From Candidatus Latescibacterota bacterium (GTDB taxonomy: Bacteria > Latescibacterota > UBA2968 > UBA8231), in assembly GCA_965208105.1 (NCBI GenBank), contig OZ242318.1:1664001-1728000 (forward strand): a stretch of 64,000 nt of DNA, written 5' to 3'. Shown here piece by piece: positions 1 through 9,918 of this stretch. How positions within the stretch are numbered: position 1 is the stretch's first letter; the number at the start of each line of letters is the position of its first letter. The position numbers and the translations under genes were made by a program. A model generated the notes under the pieces. The model was not told where the DNA came from, searched no databases, and was given only the letters and a program-made list of their open reading frames with translations.

Positions 1-103
1 CGGTCGGTCCAGGCAGCGGAACGTCAGGGGAAGCAGCCCGCACAAGGCAAAGGAAGGTTGGACCAGGTGATGTGAAGATACGGGAGCCGGCCCGGCTTCT
101 CCG

Positions 104-1177
104 TCAAGGCCCCCGCTGTTCCGGCGCCTGCAACTCCGGTTCCACCCCGATCTCGCGCAAAACGGCGGCGGCCTCCTCGAGATCCACCCCCTCCCTGGAG
201 TTCCTGATCGCGCGTCTCAGCATGAAGACGGCGTCCTCATCGCCGCTGCGGGCCAAATCCAGCGCCTCCGCCCAACCCTTGCGCCCATAGCTGAAGTCGC
301 GCCCGACCACCGGATTGCCGAATCCCTTCCAGTAGTACTTGAGTTCGTCCGACTTCCAGCCTGGATAGATTTCGTCCCAGGTGAGCTGGCTGGGGCCGTG
401 GGGCTCCAGCATGTGCTCGGCGATGGGTACGCCGACCGCCTGGTAGCGGTTGTCCAGCGAGAGGCGCAGGCGGTCCCCGCTGTGGTTGGGCAGGGCCCGA
501 TGGATGGTCAGCGCCGGGAAGAAGAGGGTGTCCCCGGCTTCGTAGTCGGTGGTATGCCAGACCGGGTCGACCTCTTCCTGGTCGTTCTCGTCGACCCTCA
601 GTCCGCCGGCGCCCAGCGAGAAGTGATGCTCCAGGACGCGGTTGACCTTGTGGGATCCCGGAACGACCGCCAGGCCGCCCAGCTCCACGGGGCAATCGCC
701 GATGGGGGCCCAGCAGGTCAGGTTGTCGAAGCTGCCCTGGAAGTGCACGAAATCCTGGTGTTTGGGGGTGGTGTGTTCTGCATACCGGGGGAACCAGATG
801 CGGGCGATCTTCTGCGGGTGCGGCATGGCGGGCGCGCCCAAAATCTTCTCCACCATGTCCGTGTACTCGGGCCAGTGCGCCGAGCGGTGGAAGCTTTCGA
901 TCTTGTAGACCTGGGCGTATCCGGCGCTGTACTCGTTATCGCCTTCGGTGCAGCGCTGGCCGGGGTCCGCGATGCCGTCCATGGGGTCGGTTCCCGCCTG
1001 CAGCCATCCCACCTGCCCGATCACCGACATCATCTCGCGGCGCAACCCGAGGACCTTCTCCGGACGCTGCAGCCCCCTGAAGAACAGATAGCCCTCCTCG
1101 GCGATGCGCCGGCGCAGCTCCTCCTGGTCAGTCATGGCGTCGTTGGAGACGCGCATCTCTTTCAGTTCGTCGGTCAT
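104..1177 (-). CDS. Phytanoyl-CoA dioxygenase (PhyH) family Fe(II)/2OG dioxygenase
   Basis: EEGYLFFRG N-terminus, HQD iron motif (KHQDFVH), WAPIGDCPVELGGLAVVPGSH, distal His (TIHRALPN) and RLSLD. Start moved from the track's 1255 to ATG 1177 (MTDELK), which has upstream GGAG/AGGA. Confidence 0.85.
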   Translation of the reverse strand: MTDELKEMRVSNDAMTDQEELRRRIAEEGYLFFRGLQRPEKVLGLRREMMSVIGQVGWLQAGTDPMDGIADPGQRCTEGDNEYSAGYAQVYKIESFHRSAHWPEYTDMVEKILGAPAMPHPQKIARIWFPRYAEHTTPKHQDFVHFQGSFDNLTCWAPIGDCPVELGGLAVVPGSHKVNRVLEHHFSLGAGGLRVDENDQEEVDPVWHTTDYEAGDTLFFPALTIHRALPNHSGDRLRLSLDNRYQAVGVPIAEHMLEPHGPSQLTWDEIYPGWKSDELKYYWKGFGNPVVGRDFSYGRKGWAEALDLARSGDEDAVFMLRRAIRNSREGVDLEEAAAVLREIGVEPELQAPEQRGP

Positions 1178-1238
1178 GGTATCCTGGTCTCCGGTCGGTT
1201 CGGTGCGCCGGTTTTCCCCGGGATAGATTGAGGAACTT

Positions 1239-3269
1239 TCATCCTTCCCTGTCAAGGTGCCGGGCCCCCGCTACTCTCGCCGCGATCTCGGCGTCGGGCA
1301 TTGCTTCGCTCTGCACCAGCAGTTGCCGTGCCGCTCCCATGCTCCGGTAGGCCGCTTCGATCCACCCGGTGTCGAATGCATCCCCGGTATTGTGGATGAT
1401 GAGGTTCCGGGGAGCGACGAGGGTCCCCGCGGTGCGGAAATCCCCGGCATTGCGCAGGCAGGGAATGGGCAAGGTCTCGAGATAGGCGTCATCGCTGTCG
1501 TTGTCGAACCGTGCCGCATCGACGACGACAATCTCCAGGCTGGCGAAACCCGCCGCCAGCAGTCCCCAGAGGCCGGCCTCTCCTATTCCGATCAGGCTGA
1601 CCTCGGAAGCGCCGCTGCCGCCGCCGAAGCAGAGCAGCGCGGTCAGAATATCCTGCACCCGCAGCGCCGCCGTCGTCCGGTTGTAGGTGGTGAATTTTTC
1701 CGCGTCATCCGGCCTCGAATATTTCCCATGTTCTCCTGTCGCGAAGACGTCGATGGCGAGGACCTGGCGGCGGCAACTCAGCAGATCGGCGACGAGCGGC
1801 AGGGGCTCCCCGGTCTCCGCGTCGATCAGCTTCTCCTTCCCCTGCGGATGCGCGATGACCACGACTTCGCCGCTCTCTGGCGGCGGGTCCGGGCTGAACA
1901 GGATGGCGGGGACGGCATCGCCCACCCCTCGCCTGCCGATGACCAGGTGGCGCGCCGAATAGCCTCTCCGGCGCGTAGTGGGATATGCGCCCTCGGGTTC
2001 GGCGAGGGTCACCTCCTCCCTTTCGGGAAGGTGCAGTCCCAGTGCATGCTGCAGCGCAGCGCCCATCTCCTCCCTGAACCTCCGGTGGCCGGCCTCGCTT
2101 GCAGGCTGCCGTCGCGCCGGCGCTTCGCGGGAACGATTCACCCATGTGGGCAGAATCTCCTCCTGCTTCAGTGCATGTGCAGGCAGACCGCGGCCCGAGA
2201 AGACCAGCACCGCTTCGTCCGCCTCGGCCTTGTACGGCTCCTCTTCGATCCCGCGAGGGTCCTCAGCACCCAGGAGCCATTTTGCGAACCAGGCGTAGAC
2301 CGCCTCGCGGCTCTCCCGGTTGTAGTTGTGCTCCGCGTCCACCTGGACATGGCGCAGCCTGTCCAGCGCATCGAAATGGGCGTAGATGGAGCGGATGGCG
2401 GGAAATTCGACCGCGGGCGTATTCGCCGTCCAGTCCCCGGTCGCCGAGACCAGCAGGAGAGGACGCGGCGCCATCAAGGCCCCGATTTCGAGGTTGCTCG
2501 CTTCCAGGCGCAGATTCGGGGCGTTCTCGCACAGACAGCCGCCCTGCATGGTGGCGGAGATCATGTTGACCGGGGCGGAGACCTTTATGCGCGGATCGAC
2601 CGCCGACAGGATGAAGGTCTGGGTGCCCCCTCCCGACGCGCCGGTGCAGCCGATGCGCTCCGGGTCGACATCGGGGAGGCTCTGCAGGAAATCGACGGCG
2701 CCGATGCCGTTGCGGAGCTGGAGCGCCATGGCGCTCAGGCCCCAGAGGCCTTCCCGCGCGCCGCCGTAGCGGTGCTCGATCTGCCTGGCGCTGTCGTTGT
2801 AGCCGATCATATCATAGGTGAAGACGACGTAACCCTGCCTGGCGAAGTTTATGCAGCGGGCGGGAATGGAGCCGACCTCATTATCCTCCAGGCGCCCCCG
2901 CTTCCAATGGCCGTGGGGACTGACGATCCCGGGGAACGGACCGGATTTCCCTCGGGGGCGGTAGAGATTCCCCGTGGTGAAAAAGCCCGGAAAGGGCTCG
3001 AAATGGACCTTCTCCACCGTATATCCTTCCCGCTCGATTCTGGCGAAGACCTCGGCGTTGAGGGGAGTCGGCTCATGCTCGGGCAGCAGACCGGTGGCGA
3101 CCCGGACCTGCAGGCGCAACGCCGCCGCTTTCTCGTTCCACTCGGCCCTGGTGTAGCCGGGAAAGGTGTACGGAGTTCCCACGCTCCGTGAAACGGCGCC
3201 CCGGGCATCCTCGACGGTCCGAGACGGCTGGGCGAATACGCGGCCGAGCTCCGGATGTGGTTCAGCCAT
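1239..3269 (-). CDS. Acetylxylan esterase-like alpha/beta hydrolase with two hydrolase modules
   Basis: PHGH, YDMIGY, DPERIGCTGASGGGTQT nucleophile elbow, APRPLLLVSATGDWT and EHNYN. A second degenerate module has GIGEAG in place of GxSxG. Confidence 0.8.
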   Translation of the reverse strand: MAEPHPELGRVFAQPSRTVEDARGAVSRSVGTPYTFPGYTRAEWNEKAAALRLQVRVATGLLPEHEPTPLNAEVFARIEREGYTVEKVHFEPFPGFFTTGNLYRPRGKSGPFPGIVSPHGHWKRGRLEDNEVGSIPARCINFARQGYVVFTYDMIGYNDSARQIEHRYGGAREGLWGLSAMALQLRNGIGAVDFLQSLPDVDPERIGCTGASGGGTQTFILSAVDPRIKVSAPVNMISATMQGGCLCENAPNLRLEASNLEIGALMAPRPLLLVSATGDWTANTPAVEFPAIRSIYAHFDALDRLRHVQVDAEHNYNRESREAVYAWFAKWLLGAEDPRGIEEEPYKAEADEAVLVFSGRGLPAHALKQEEILPTWVNRSREAPARRQPASEAGHRRFREEMGAALQHALGLHLPEREEVTLAEPEGAYPTTRRRGYSARHLVIGRRGVGDAVPAILFSPDPPPESGEVVVIAHPQGKEKLIDAETGEPLPLVADLLSCRRQVLAIDVFATGEHGKYSRPDDAEKFTTYNRTTAALRVQDILTALLCFGGGSGASEVSLIGIGEAGLWGLLAAGFASLEIVVVDAARFDNDSDDAYLETLPIPCLRNAGDFRTAGTLVAPRNLIIHNTGDAFDTGWIEAAYRSMGAARQLLVQSEAMPDAEIAARVAGARHLDREG

Positions 3270-3368
3270 GACAAGTCCTCGACGAAAATGGAATGATGAG
3301 GCCGCAGTCCCGGGACCACTCTGGGGACCAGAGCGGCCATAGGGCGAGGCTCTGAGGGACCGCCGTCG

Positions 3369-5198
3369 TCAATCGGCGGGACGCTGCCGCGCCAGCGCCT
3401 CCTCGTACTGCGCCCGCGCGGCTCGAACCTCCTCGCGCTCGGAGACCTCGGGGACGGCGATGTCCCACCAGTGCCCGCCCGCGCTGGTGCTCTCCATCGG
3501 ATCGGTGTCGATGACGATGCAGCAGGTGCGCGGGCACTCCCGCGCCCGCGTCAACGCCTGCTCCAGCGCCGCGATGGAGTCCACCTTCTCCGCCTCCGCT
3601 CCCAGTGACCGGGCGTGGGCGACGAAATCGATGCTCGCCGGCTCGGCGTGGCGCGCGTCGTCGAGCTGGTTGTTGAAGGGCGCCCCCCCGGCGGCCTCCT
3701 GCAGGCGGGTGATGCAGCCGAAGCCCCTGTTGTCCAGCAGCACCACGGTGAGCTTCTGTCCCAGCATCACCGCGGTCGCCAGCTCGGAGTTCATCATCAG
3801 GTAGCTGCCGTCGCCGACCATCACCACCACCTCCCGCTCGGGCAGCGCCATCTTGACACCGAGACCGCCGGCGATCTCGTAACCCATGCACGAGTAGCCG
3901 TACTCGAGGTGGTAGCCGTTGGGGCGCGCGGCGCGCCAGAGCTTGTGGAGCTCCCCCGGCAGACCTCCGGCGGCGCAGACCAGCACGGTGTCCGCACCGC
4001 TGCTGCGCTGGACCGCCCCGATCACCTGGGCGTCGCTGGGCAGCGCGCTGCCGCGGGGCGGGGCGGTGGCAGCGTCCACATGCTCGCGCCACCTGGCGCG
4101 GAGCCCGCAGTCCAGGTCGGGAGCGCGCCATCCCTGCAGAGCCTGGCTCAGGGCCTCGAGTCCGGTCAAGGCATCGCACACCAAGGGGATGGCCGCGTGC
4201 TTGGCCGCGTCGTAGGCGGCCGCGTTGACCTGCAGGACGCGGCGCCCCGGGTTGGCGAACAGGGCCCGGGACCCGGTGGTGAAGTCCTGCAGCCGCGTGC
4301 CTACGGCGATGATCAGGTCGGCGCCCGCAGCCACCGCGTTGGCCGCGCTCGACCCTGTGACCCCGATGGAGCCGAGGTTGAGGGCATGGTCCCAGGGCAG
4401 CGCGGACTTGCCGGCCTGGGTCTCGGCCGCCGGCAGGTTGTGAGTCTCGACGAAGTCCCGCAGCGCCTCCGTGGCCCGGGCGTAGTGCACCCCTCCCCCC
4501 GCGATGAGCAGGGGCCGCTTCGCCGCGCGGATGGCCTCGACCGCCCGGACCAGCTCGCGCGCATCGGGCGCCGGCCTCCTCACGCGCAGACGGCGCGGCT
4601 CGAAGAAGCTCTGGGGCCAGTCGCAGGCCTGCGCCTGCACGTCCTGGCACAGGGCCAGGGTAACCGGGCCGCACTCGGCCGGGTCTGTCATCACCGCGAA
4701 GGCGCGGGGCAGGGCGGAGAGCAGCTGCTCGGGACGCGTGATGCGGTCGAAGTAGCGGCTCACCGGCCGGAAGCAGTCGTTGGCGCTCACCGTGCCGTCC
4801 TGGAAGTCCTCGATCTGCTGCAGCACCGGGTCGGGGCCGCGGCCGGCGAATACGTCGCCGGGAAGCAGCAGGACGGGGAGCCGGTTGACGTGGGCTACCG
4901 CGGCCGCGGTGACCAGGTTGGTGGCCCCGGGCCCGATGGAGGTGGTCACCGCCATGGCGCGGCGGCGATTGCTCGCCTTGGCGAAGGCGATGGAGGCGAG
5001 CGCCATGCCCTGCTCGTTGTGGCCGCGCCAGGTCGGCAGGCGGTCCCCCGCCGCCTGCAGCGCCTCGCCCATGGCCGCCACGTTGCCATGGCCGAAAATT
5101 GCCCACACCCCGGCGATGAACGGCACGCCGGGCTCGATCTGCTGCGCTTCGACATAGCGGACCAGGGCCTGGGCGGCGGTCAGCCTGATACTCTTCAT
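3369..5198 (-). CDS. iolD: 3D-(3,5/4)-trihydroxycyclohexane-1,2-dione acylhydrolase (ThDP-dependent, myo-inositol catabolism)
   Basis: RLTAAQAL, AIFGHGNVA, HNEQGMA, TSIGPGATN, PDPVLQQIE, YHLEYGYSCMGYEIAG, GDGSYLM, and WWDIAVPEVS C-terminus: IolD signatures. Confidence 0.95.
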   Translation of the reverse strand: MKSIRLTAAQALVRYVEAQQIEPGVPFIAGVWAIFGHGNVAAMGEALQAAGDRLPTWRGHNEQGMALASIAFAKASNRRRAMAVTTSIGPGATNLVTAAAVAHVNRLPVLLLPGDVFAGRGPDPVLQQIEDFQDGTVSANDCFRPVSRYFDRITRPEQLLSALPRAFAVMTDPAECGPVTLALCQDVQAQACDWPQSFFEPRRLRVRRPAPDARELVRAVEAIRAAKRPLLIAGGGVHYARATEALRDFVETHNLPAAETQAGKSALPWDHALNLGSIGVTGSSAANAVAAGADLIIAVGTRLQDFTTGSRALFANPGRRVLQVNAAAYDAAKHAAIPLVCDALTGLEALSQALQGWRAPDLDCGLRARWREHVDAATAPPRGSALPSDAQVIGAVQRSSGADTVLVCAAGGLPGELHKLWRAARPNGYHLEYGYSCMGYEIAGGLGVKMALPEREVVVMVGDGSYLMMNSELATAVMLGQKLTVVLLDNRGFGCITRLQEAAGGAPFNNQLDDARHAEPASIDFVAHARSLGAEAEKVDSIAALEQALTRARECPRTCCIVIDTDPMESTSAGGHWWDIAVPEVSEREEVRAARAQYEEALARQRPAD

Positions 5199-5237
5199 TT
5201 TACACCTCTTCCTCGGGGGAAGGGATCGGAAGGCCGA

Positions 5238-6584
5238 CTATGCCCACGACGATTTCAGCTCGTGCACCTTCAACGATACGAGCCTCGCGGCGCCGCCTTC
5301 GGCGAAGATCCCGATGTCCGCGTTATCCTGGTCCGGGAGGAAATAGGAGGTCATCGATAGCTCCCCTGCGTTGCCGAAGGCCTCGATGGAGATGCGGTCC
5401 ACCAGAATCTGCAACTGGATCCTGCCGTCCCTCGGCGCCAGGGGACCGCTCCTGTCGAGGAATGTCAACAGCTTTGCAGCGGAATCGTAGCGGACCTCCT
5501 GCCCGCGGACGTCGAACCCGACGGCGGCGGCATCTCGAAGCTCTATCTCGGCGCGGATGTGGAACAACTCGCCGGTAAGACCGGCCAGCAGGTTCTCGCC
5601 GGGCCTGAGGGCGACATCGCTCCAGGCATGGGTGTATTCATGGATGTTCCCGATCTCCGCCACCGGCTCCCGGTGCAGCCGGATTCCAGCCGCCGTGGTC
5701 CGCAGGGTCAACTCGCAGGGGAAGCTCATCTGCTGATTGAAGGGCATCCCGGGCGGGTTGCTTCCCCTCATCCAGGCGATCTGGATGAGGCGTCCGTCCC
5801 GATCCGGCACGTCGCTCCAGGTCTGCGCGGCATAGAAGTTGGCGCCGTGGTCGGCCCGAAGGACCTCTTCTTCCGGTGTGAAGGTGGTTCCATCGAAGTC
5901 GCCGATGCAGTATCTCCCCGCCGCGCCCCAGAAAACCCATCTCGTGTCGTCCGGGTCGCCGTCGACCGCAAGCTCGAAGAAGTCAGGACACTCCGTGTCG
6001 GGAATCCGGACCTCTGAAAGCCGCGTCCACTCCTTGAGGTCGGCCGAGCCCAGCAGGGCGTAGTCGTTGTCGTCGAGGTAGAGCGCCATCACCCATTTCT
6101 GCGTCGGCTGGTGCCAGACCACCTTGGGGTCGCGGTTTCTTGCGGCGATATGCTCGACGACCGGGTTGCCTTCGAATTTCGTCCAGCTTCGCCCGCGGTC
6201 GTTGCTGCAGGCGATGCTCTGGGTAAAGGGGAGCTCCCTGGGAGCGTGGCTTCCCGCCGACGTGTAGAAAGCCACCAAAGCAGCCTCCGCGCCGGTGCGA
6301 AAACCGGCAGTATCGTTCCAGTCGACCACGGCTGAGCCGGAGTAGATCGTTCCGAGCTCGTCGGGATGAATCGCGTGCGGCAGTTGCTTCCAGTGGACCA
6401 GGTCCGGACTGACGGCGTGGCCCCAGGTCATGTTGCCCCAGTCGATGCCGGAGGGATTGTGTTGAAAGAAGAGGTGATACTCTCCCTTGTAGAATACCAA
6501 TCCGTTCGGATCGTTGGTCCAGTTGGCTTTGGGGGTAAAATGGAACTGGGGACGGTAGGCTTCCCTGTAAGCGGTCTGAATCAT
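5238..6584 (-). CDS. Glycoside hydrolase family 32 (levanase / beta-fructosidase-like)
   Basis: YRPQFHF, WTNDPNG, WGHAVS, YSGSAV, RDPKV, ECPDFF and YAAQTW motifs plus a C-terminal beta-sandwich. Start at ATG 6584 behind GGAGGAG. No signal peptide. Confidence 0.92.
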   Translation of the reverse strand: MIQTAYREAYRPQFHFTPKANWTNDPNGLVFYKGEYHLFFQHNPSGIDWGNMTWGHAVSPDLVHWKQLPHAIHPDELGTIYSGSAVVDWNDTAGFRTGAEAALVAFYTSAGSHAPRELPFTQSIACSNDRGRSWTKFEGNPVVEHIAARNRDPKVVWHQPTQKWVMALYLDDNDYALLGSADLKEWTRLSEVRIPDTECPDFFELAVDGDPDDTRWVFWGAAGRYCIGDFDGTTFTPEEEVLRADHGANFYAAQTWSDVPDRDGRLIQIAWMRGSNPPGMPFNQQMSFPCELTLRTTAAGIRLHREPVAEIGNIHEYTHAWSDVALRPGENLLAGLTGELFHIRAEIELRDAAAVGFDVRGQEVRYDSAAKLLTFLDRSGPLAPRDGRIQLQILVDRISIEAFGNAGELSMTSYFLPDQDNADIGIFAEGGAARLVSLKVHELKSSWA

Positions 6585-6663
6585 CTCTCCTCCTGCCCGT
6601 CGATAAATCAAAACGCCTTTTCGCGGCCGGGTCAATGTGGCGGAGTGAAGCGGGATGCTCCTC

Positions 6664-7935
6664 CTAACCTGCAAACTCCAGGCCTCCACTGGCCTCTAGC
6701 TCGGCGCAGCGCCGCTCGAAGGCCGGGCTGCCGTCGTCGTCGACCACCTCGAGGGTGGAGCCGGCCTCGAATATCGGCAGGCCCGCCTGGCTGTAGCGCC
6801 CGTGGAAGGCGCTGCGGCTGCAGGCGATCTCGACCGTCTCGCCGCCGGCGCGGATGTAGCGGTAGTAGTGCCGCGGCTCCCTCACCGTCCTGTAGTCGAC
6901 CGCGTATTTCTCGATCACTTTTTCGTCCACCTCGACGCCGAGACCCGGCCCCCGGGGAACCGGGTAAAAGCCCCCGCGCACCTGGAGCGGTGCGGCGAGC
7001 AACTGGCTCTCGTAGATGTTCATGCAGGTGATCGCCGGCCACCTCGCCTCTCTGCAGACCGCGCCCAGGTGGGCGGCCCAAACGGTTGTCAGGCCGGCGC
7101 CGACAAGCTGCAGCCAGAACGGCTTGTTGGCCGCCGCCGCCACCGCCTGCTGCTGCATGATCTGCGCCGCCCCGCCGCCGATGATGAGGCCGTCGGCGAT
7201 GTCGTCGCGCAGCATGGCCATGACCGGAGGGCGGTCGACGTGCATGGCCACGGGCCGGTCGATGCGCGCCCGCAGGTGGCGGTTCCCGGCGATGTCCTCC
7301 TGCGGGATGGGGGTCTCGATCATGGCCACCTGCTCGTAGCGCTCCAGGGATTTGAGCAGAGGCACCGCGTTAGCGCAGTTGACCAGGTGGCCGTTAAAGT
7401 CGAGGTCGAGACGGAACTGCTGCGGGACCACCCGGCGCACCGCCTCGATGCAGGCGTGCAGGTCCTGCCACGGCCTGGTCTTCAGCTTGGCCGAGGTGTA
7501 GCCCCGGGCAACGGCGGCCTCGCACTGCCGCGCCCAGTCCTCCGGTGGCATGTCGCAGGTCCACCAGGATATGGGACAGGAGTCGCGGACCTTTCGACCC
7601 AGCAGGGCGCTGACCGGCACCTTCTCGTTTTTCGCCACCGCGTCGAAAAGGGCCATCTGCACGCCGCAGCCGAGGCCGTCGTTCCACAGCAGCGAGGCGG
7701 CCTCCTTGCCCAAAATGAGGTCCTCGACGTCATCGGGGACCCCGGCGTGGGTGGCGGCGGGGATGGTCTCCCCCCAGCCCGTGACCCCGTTGTCCAGGGT
7801 CAGGCGGCAAAGCTGGACCATGCGCCAGGAGGAGATCCAGTACTTCAGATGCCGCCCGGCGGGGGGTTCGAAGGGCAGATCGAGGTGGATGAGCTCGACA
7901 CGGGAAACCTTCATCACGGTGCTCCTGTTGGCCAT
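6664..7935 (-). CDS. Mandelate racemase / muconate lactonizing (enolase superfamily) enzyme
   Basis: GVTGWGET, QMALFDAVAK...VPVSALLG, KLK motif, LDFN, IETPI, and PRGPGLGVEVDE. Confidence 0.85.
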   Translation of the reverse strand: MANRSTVMKVSRVELIHLDLPFEPPAGRHLKYWISSWRMVQLCRLTLDNGVTGWGETIPAATHAGVPDDVEDLILGKEAASLLWNDGLGCGVQMALFDAVAKNEKVPVSALLGRKVRDSCPISWWTCDMPPEDWARQCEAAVARGYTSAKLKTRPWQDLHACIEAVRRVVPQQFRLDLDFNGHLVNCANAVPLLKSLERYEQVAMIETPIPQEDIAGNRHLRARIDRPVAMHVDRPPVMAMLRDDIADGLIIGGGAAQIMQQQAVAAAANKPFWLQLVGAGLTTVWAAHLGAVCREARWPAITCMNIYESQLLAAPLQVRGGFYPVPRGPGLGVEVDEKVIEKYAVDYRTVREPRHYYRYIRAGGETVEIACSRSAFHGRYSQAGLPIFEAGSTLEVVDDDGSPAFERRCAELEASGGLEFAG

Positions 7936-7999
7936 CGGGTGAACTTCGCCGAATACATCGCGCCTCTGCTCGTCAATTGAGTTCGGTGATCATCATGGG

Positions 8000-8380
8000 G
8001 CGGACCACCTGGACGTCGTCCCGAGAGCGCGGTTTTCACCGCGGGACGGACCGAGCCGGTGATCGTCCCGCCGGTCTGGTGATGGTCCCGGCACGGGACG
8101 CGGCCACATGGTGGCCGGCTAGATTACGCCCGCCGGAAAACGGCTGATCGACCATGCGAAACGGACCGGCGTGTGGAGCCGTCGCCCGGACCCCGCGGCC
8201 GTGCCCGACATGCCCGGCGAACCAGCGGCGGTGATGGAGGGGAACCCGGACACCCACGATAACTTTAAGGCGTTAGCGCCCGCGTCCTAGCGTCGCCAGT
8301 TCATCGCCTGGGTTGCCGTCGCCAATCGGCCAGCGGCACGGCGAGATGCGTCGTGGCGAAAGGCTGGGATTGAGGATCCA
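8000..8380 (+). pseudogene. YdeI/OmpD-associated (bacteriocin-protection) family pseudogene
   Basis: One frame reads RFSPR..SR*..HMVAG*ITPAGKRLIDHAKRTGVW..PDMPGEPAAVMEGNPDTHDNFKALAPAS*RRQFIAWVAVANRP, with in-frame stops at 8060, 8120 and 8288. Boundaries are approximate. Confidence 0.7.
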
Positions 8381-8446
8381 AATTTTTGGGGGCGAATAGT
8401 CCGCCTTTGGGGGTCAGGACAGAGGCGACGGTTGGCCTTAGGATGC

Positions 8447-8719
8447 TTATTCCTGGAAAAGATCCGAATGAGTACCGGTGCGAACCAGGTGCAGTTCGTC
8501 CCCAGCTATGCGATACAACACCAACCAGTCCGGCTCGATATGTGCCTCCCGGTATCCTCGCAATTTCCCCCGCAGTGGATGGTCCCGATACCGTGCAGGT
8601 ATCCGTTTTTGCTGAATCAACAACACCAGCAAGGCATCCAACTTGTCCAGATCTTTGCCTTGCCTCTCGGCTTTTTTCGCGTCCCGCTTGAACCTGGAGG
8701 ATCGAACAGGGCTCAGCAT
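8447..8719 (-). CDS. yafQ: YafQ-family (RelE/ParE superfamily) mRNA interferase toxin
   Basis: SSRFKRD, YRDHPLRG, YREAHIEPDWLVLY and RTGTHSDLF. Abuts the antitoxin stop codon. Confidence 0.92.
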   Translation of the reverse strand: MLSPVRSSRFKRDAKKAERQGKDLDKLDALLVLLIQQKRIPARYRDHPLRGKLRGYREAHIEPDWLVLYRIAGDELHLVRTGTHSDLFQE

Positions 8720-8977
8720 TCAAGCTCTGAGATCGCGGGACAGCTCCTCTGCGGATTCGAAGCGCTTTCCCTTGCCCTCCTCCAGTTCCTTCATCGCCTT
8801 GGTGGTGGCGGCGTTGGGCACCTTGACCTCGAAGGGCAATCGCTTCTCGTCGGCCACGCGCAACAACAGCAGGCGAATCGCATCGGACACCGACAACCCC
8901 ATGGCCTGTAGCGCTTCTACCGCCCGTGCCTTGGTATCGCTATCGATCCGAGCGCGTACGATGGTATCGGTACTCAT
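8720..8977 (-). CDS. dinJ: RelB/DinJ-family antitoxin
   Basis: IVRARID..KARA...L..MGLSVSDAIRLLL..VA.EKRLPFEVKVPN.T, directly upstream of the toxin. Confidence 0.9.
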   Translation of the reverse strand: MSTDTIVRARIDSDTKARAVEALQAMGLSVSDAIRLLLLRVADEKRLPFEVKVPNAATTKAMKELEEGKGKRFESAEELSRDLRA

Positions 8978-8997
8978 TCAGGTAATTCCTTCCGTGA

Positions 8998-9024
8998 ATT
9001 GTAGCCTCAATGTAGCCATGCCAA
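8998..9024 (-). promoter_or_regulatory. Putative promoter / autorepression operator of the dinJ-yafQ operon
   Basis: TACAAT -10-like hexamer overlapped by a direct repeat TGTAGCC at 9000-9006 and 9011-9017 (11-bp spacing). The TTGGCA -35 candidate is only 15 bp away. Confidence 0.4.
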
Positions 9025-9357
9025 TCCGCCAGGTCAATGATTCCGGGCCGCTTGCCGGTGGTCTCTACAAGCAGGCCAAGGTTTTCCAGCAGGTCAATTC
9101 CCTGCGGAACCCCTCGCCAAATCTACGCAGCCGCCGGTCAGGGGCAATGCTACCGGGTGATGGTGTTTTGGTTCGCGCCGGGGAGATCGAGATTTCCAGT
9201 CCGCCCGAAGCCGGCTTGCGAGTGGATGGGCTGTGGAATTTGCGCCGACATGGTTATCTTTTGGCAACCAGGTTACTGCCAGGGAAAACGGAGTTTGGGA
9301 TATATGCTCTGGAAGAAATTTCCACCCCGCAACAACAACCTGTGGACGCGGTGGTGA

Positions 9358-9918
9358 TTGATTGTGATGATGGTGAAACGACATACCCTGATCTTGCTTT
9401 CCACAGTTTTTCTCGTTGCCTGCGGCGGCGACGAGAAGCCCGTTGATCCCGAGCCAGTTGCCCCTGACCAAAATCTGGTCGGCTCGTGGGCCCTGGAAAG
9501 AACCAACATGGTCGACGTCATGGCACAGGGGTTGGTGGACAACCTGCGCGTTGAAGGCTATGACCCGGACACCATAGATGGAATGATCATCGACTTTCGC
9601 GCCGAGATGGGGGAAGGTGTATCGGTAGTTCGGTCCGCCGTTCGATTCAATCCGGATGGGTCGTGGGTGGACGATATGGAGGGAAGCGGCACCTGGCGCG
9701 TTGATGGCAACACCTTGATAATGGTGGAAGAAGGCAAGGAGGAACGATTCAAGTATTTCGTCGGTGGCTACTATCTGACAATCATCTTCTCATCAGAGCT
9801 ATTGCTCGATGCCCTGCGCGCAGACGAGGACTTTTCAAATAAAGACATAGCCTTGTTCAGTGATATTTTGAATGTTGAAGGTGATACCCAGATTCGCTTC
9901 TTCTACAAACGCAAGTAG
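9358..9918 (+). CDS. Lipocalin-like lipoprotein, copy 1
   Basis: Signal peptide with lipobox FLVAC, LVGSWAL, RFNPDGSW and GTWRVDGNTL motifs. The real start may be GTG/ATG 2-4 codons later. Confidence 0.75.
   Translation: MIVMMVKRHTLILLSTVFLVACGGDEKPVDPEPVAPDQNLVGSWALERTNMVDVMAQGLVDNLRVEGYDPDTIDGMIIDFRAEMGEGVSVVRSAVRFNPDGSWVDDMEGSGTWRVDGNTLIMVEEGKEERFKYFVGGYYLTIIFSSELLLDALRADEDFSNKDIALFSDILNVEGDTQIRFFYKRK

Noticed and set aside
9037-9357. 106-aa ORF between dinJ and the lipoproteins
   Set aside because: No RBS, no recognisable motif, and atypical composition.
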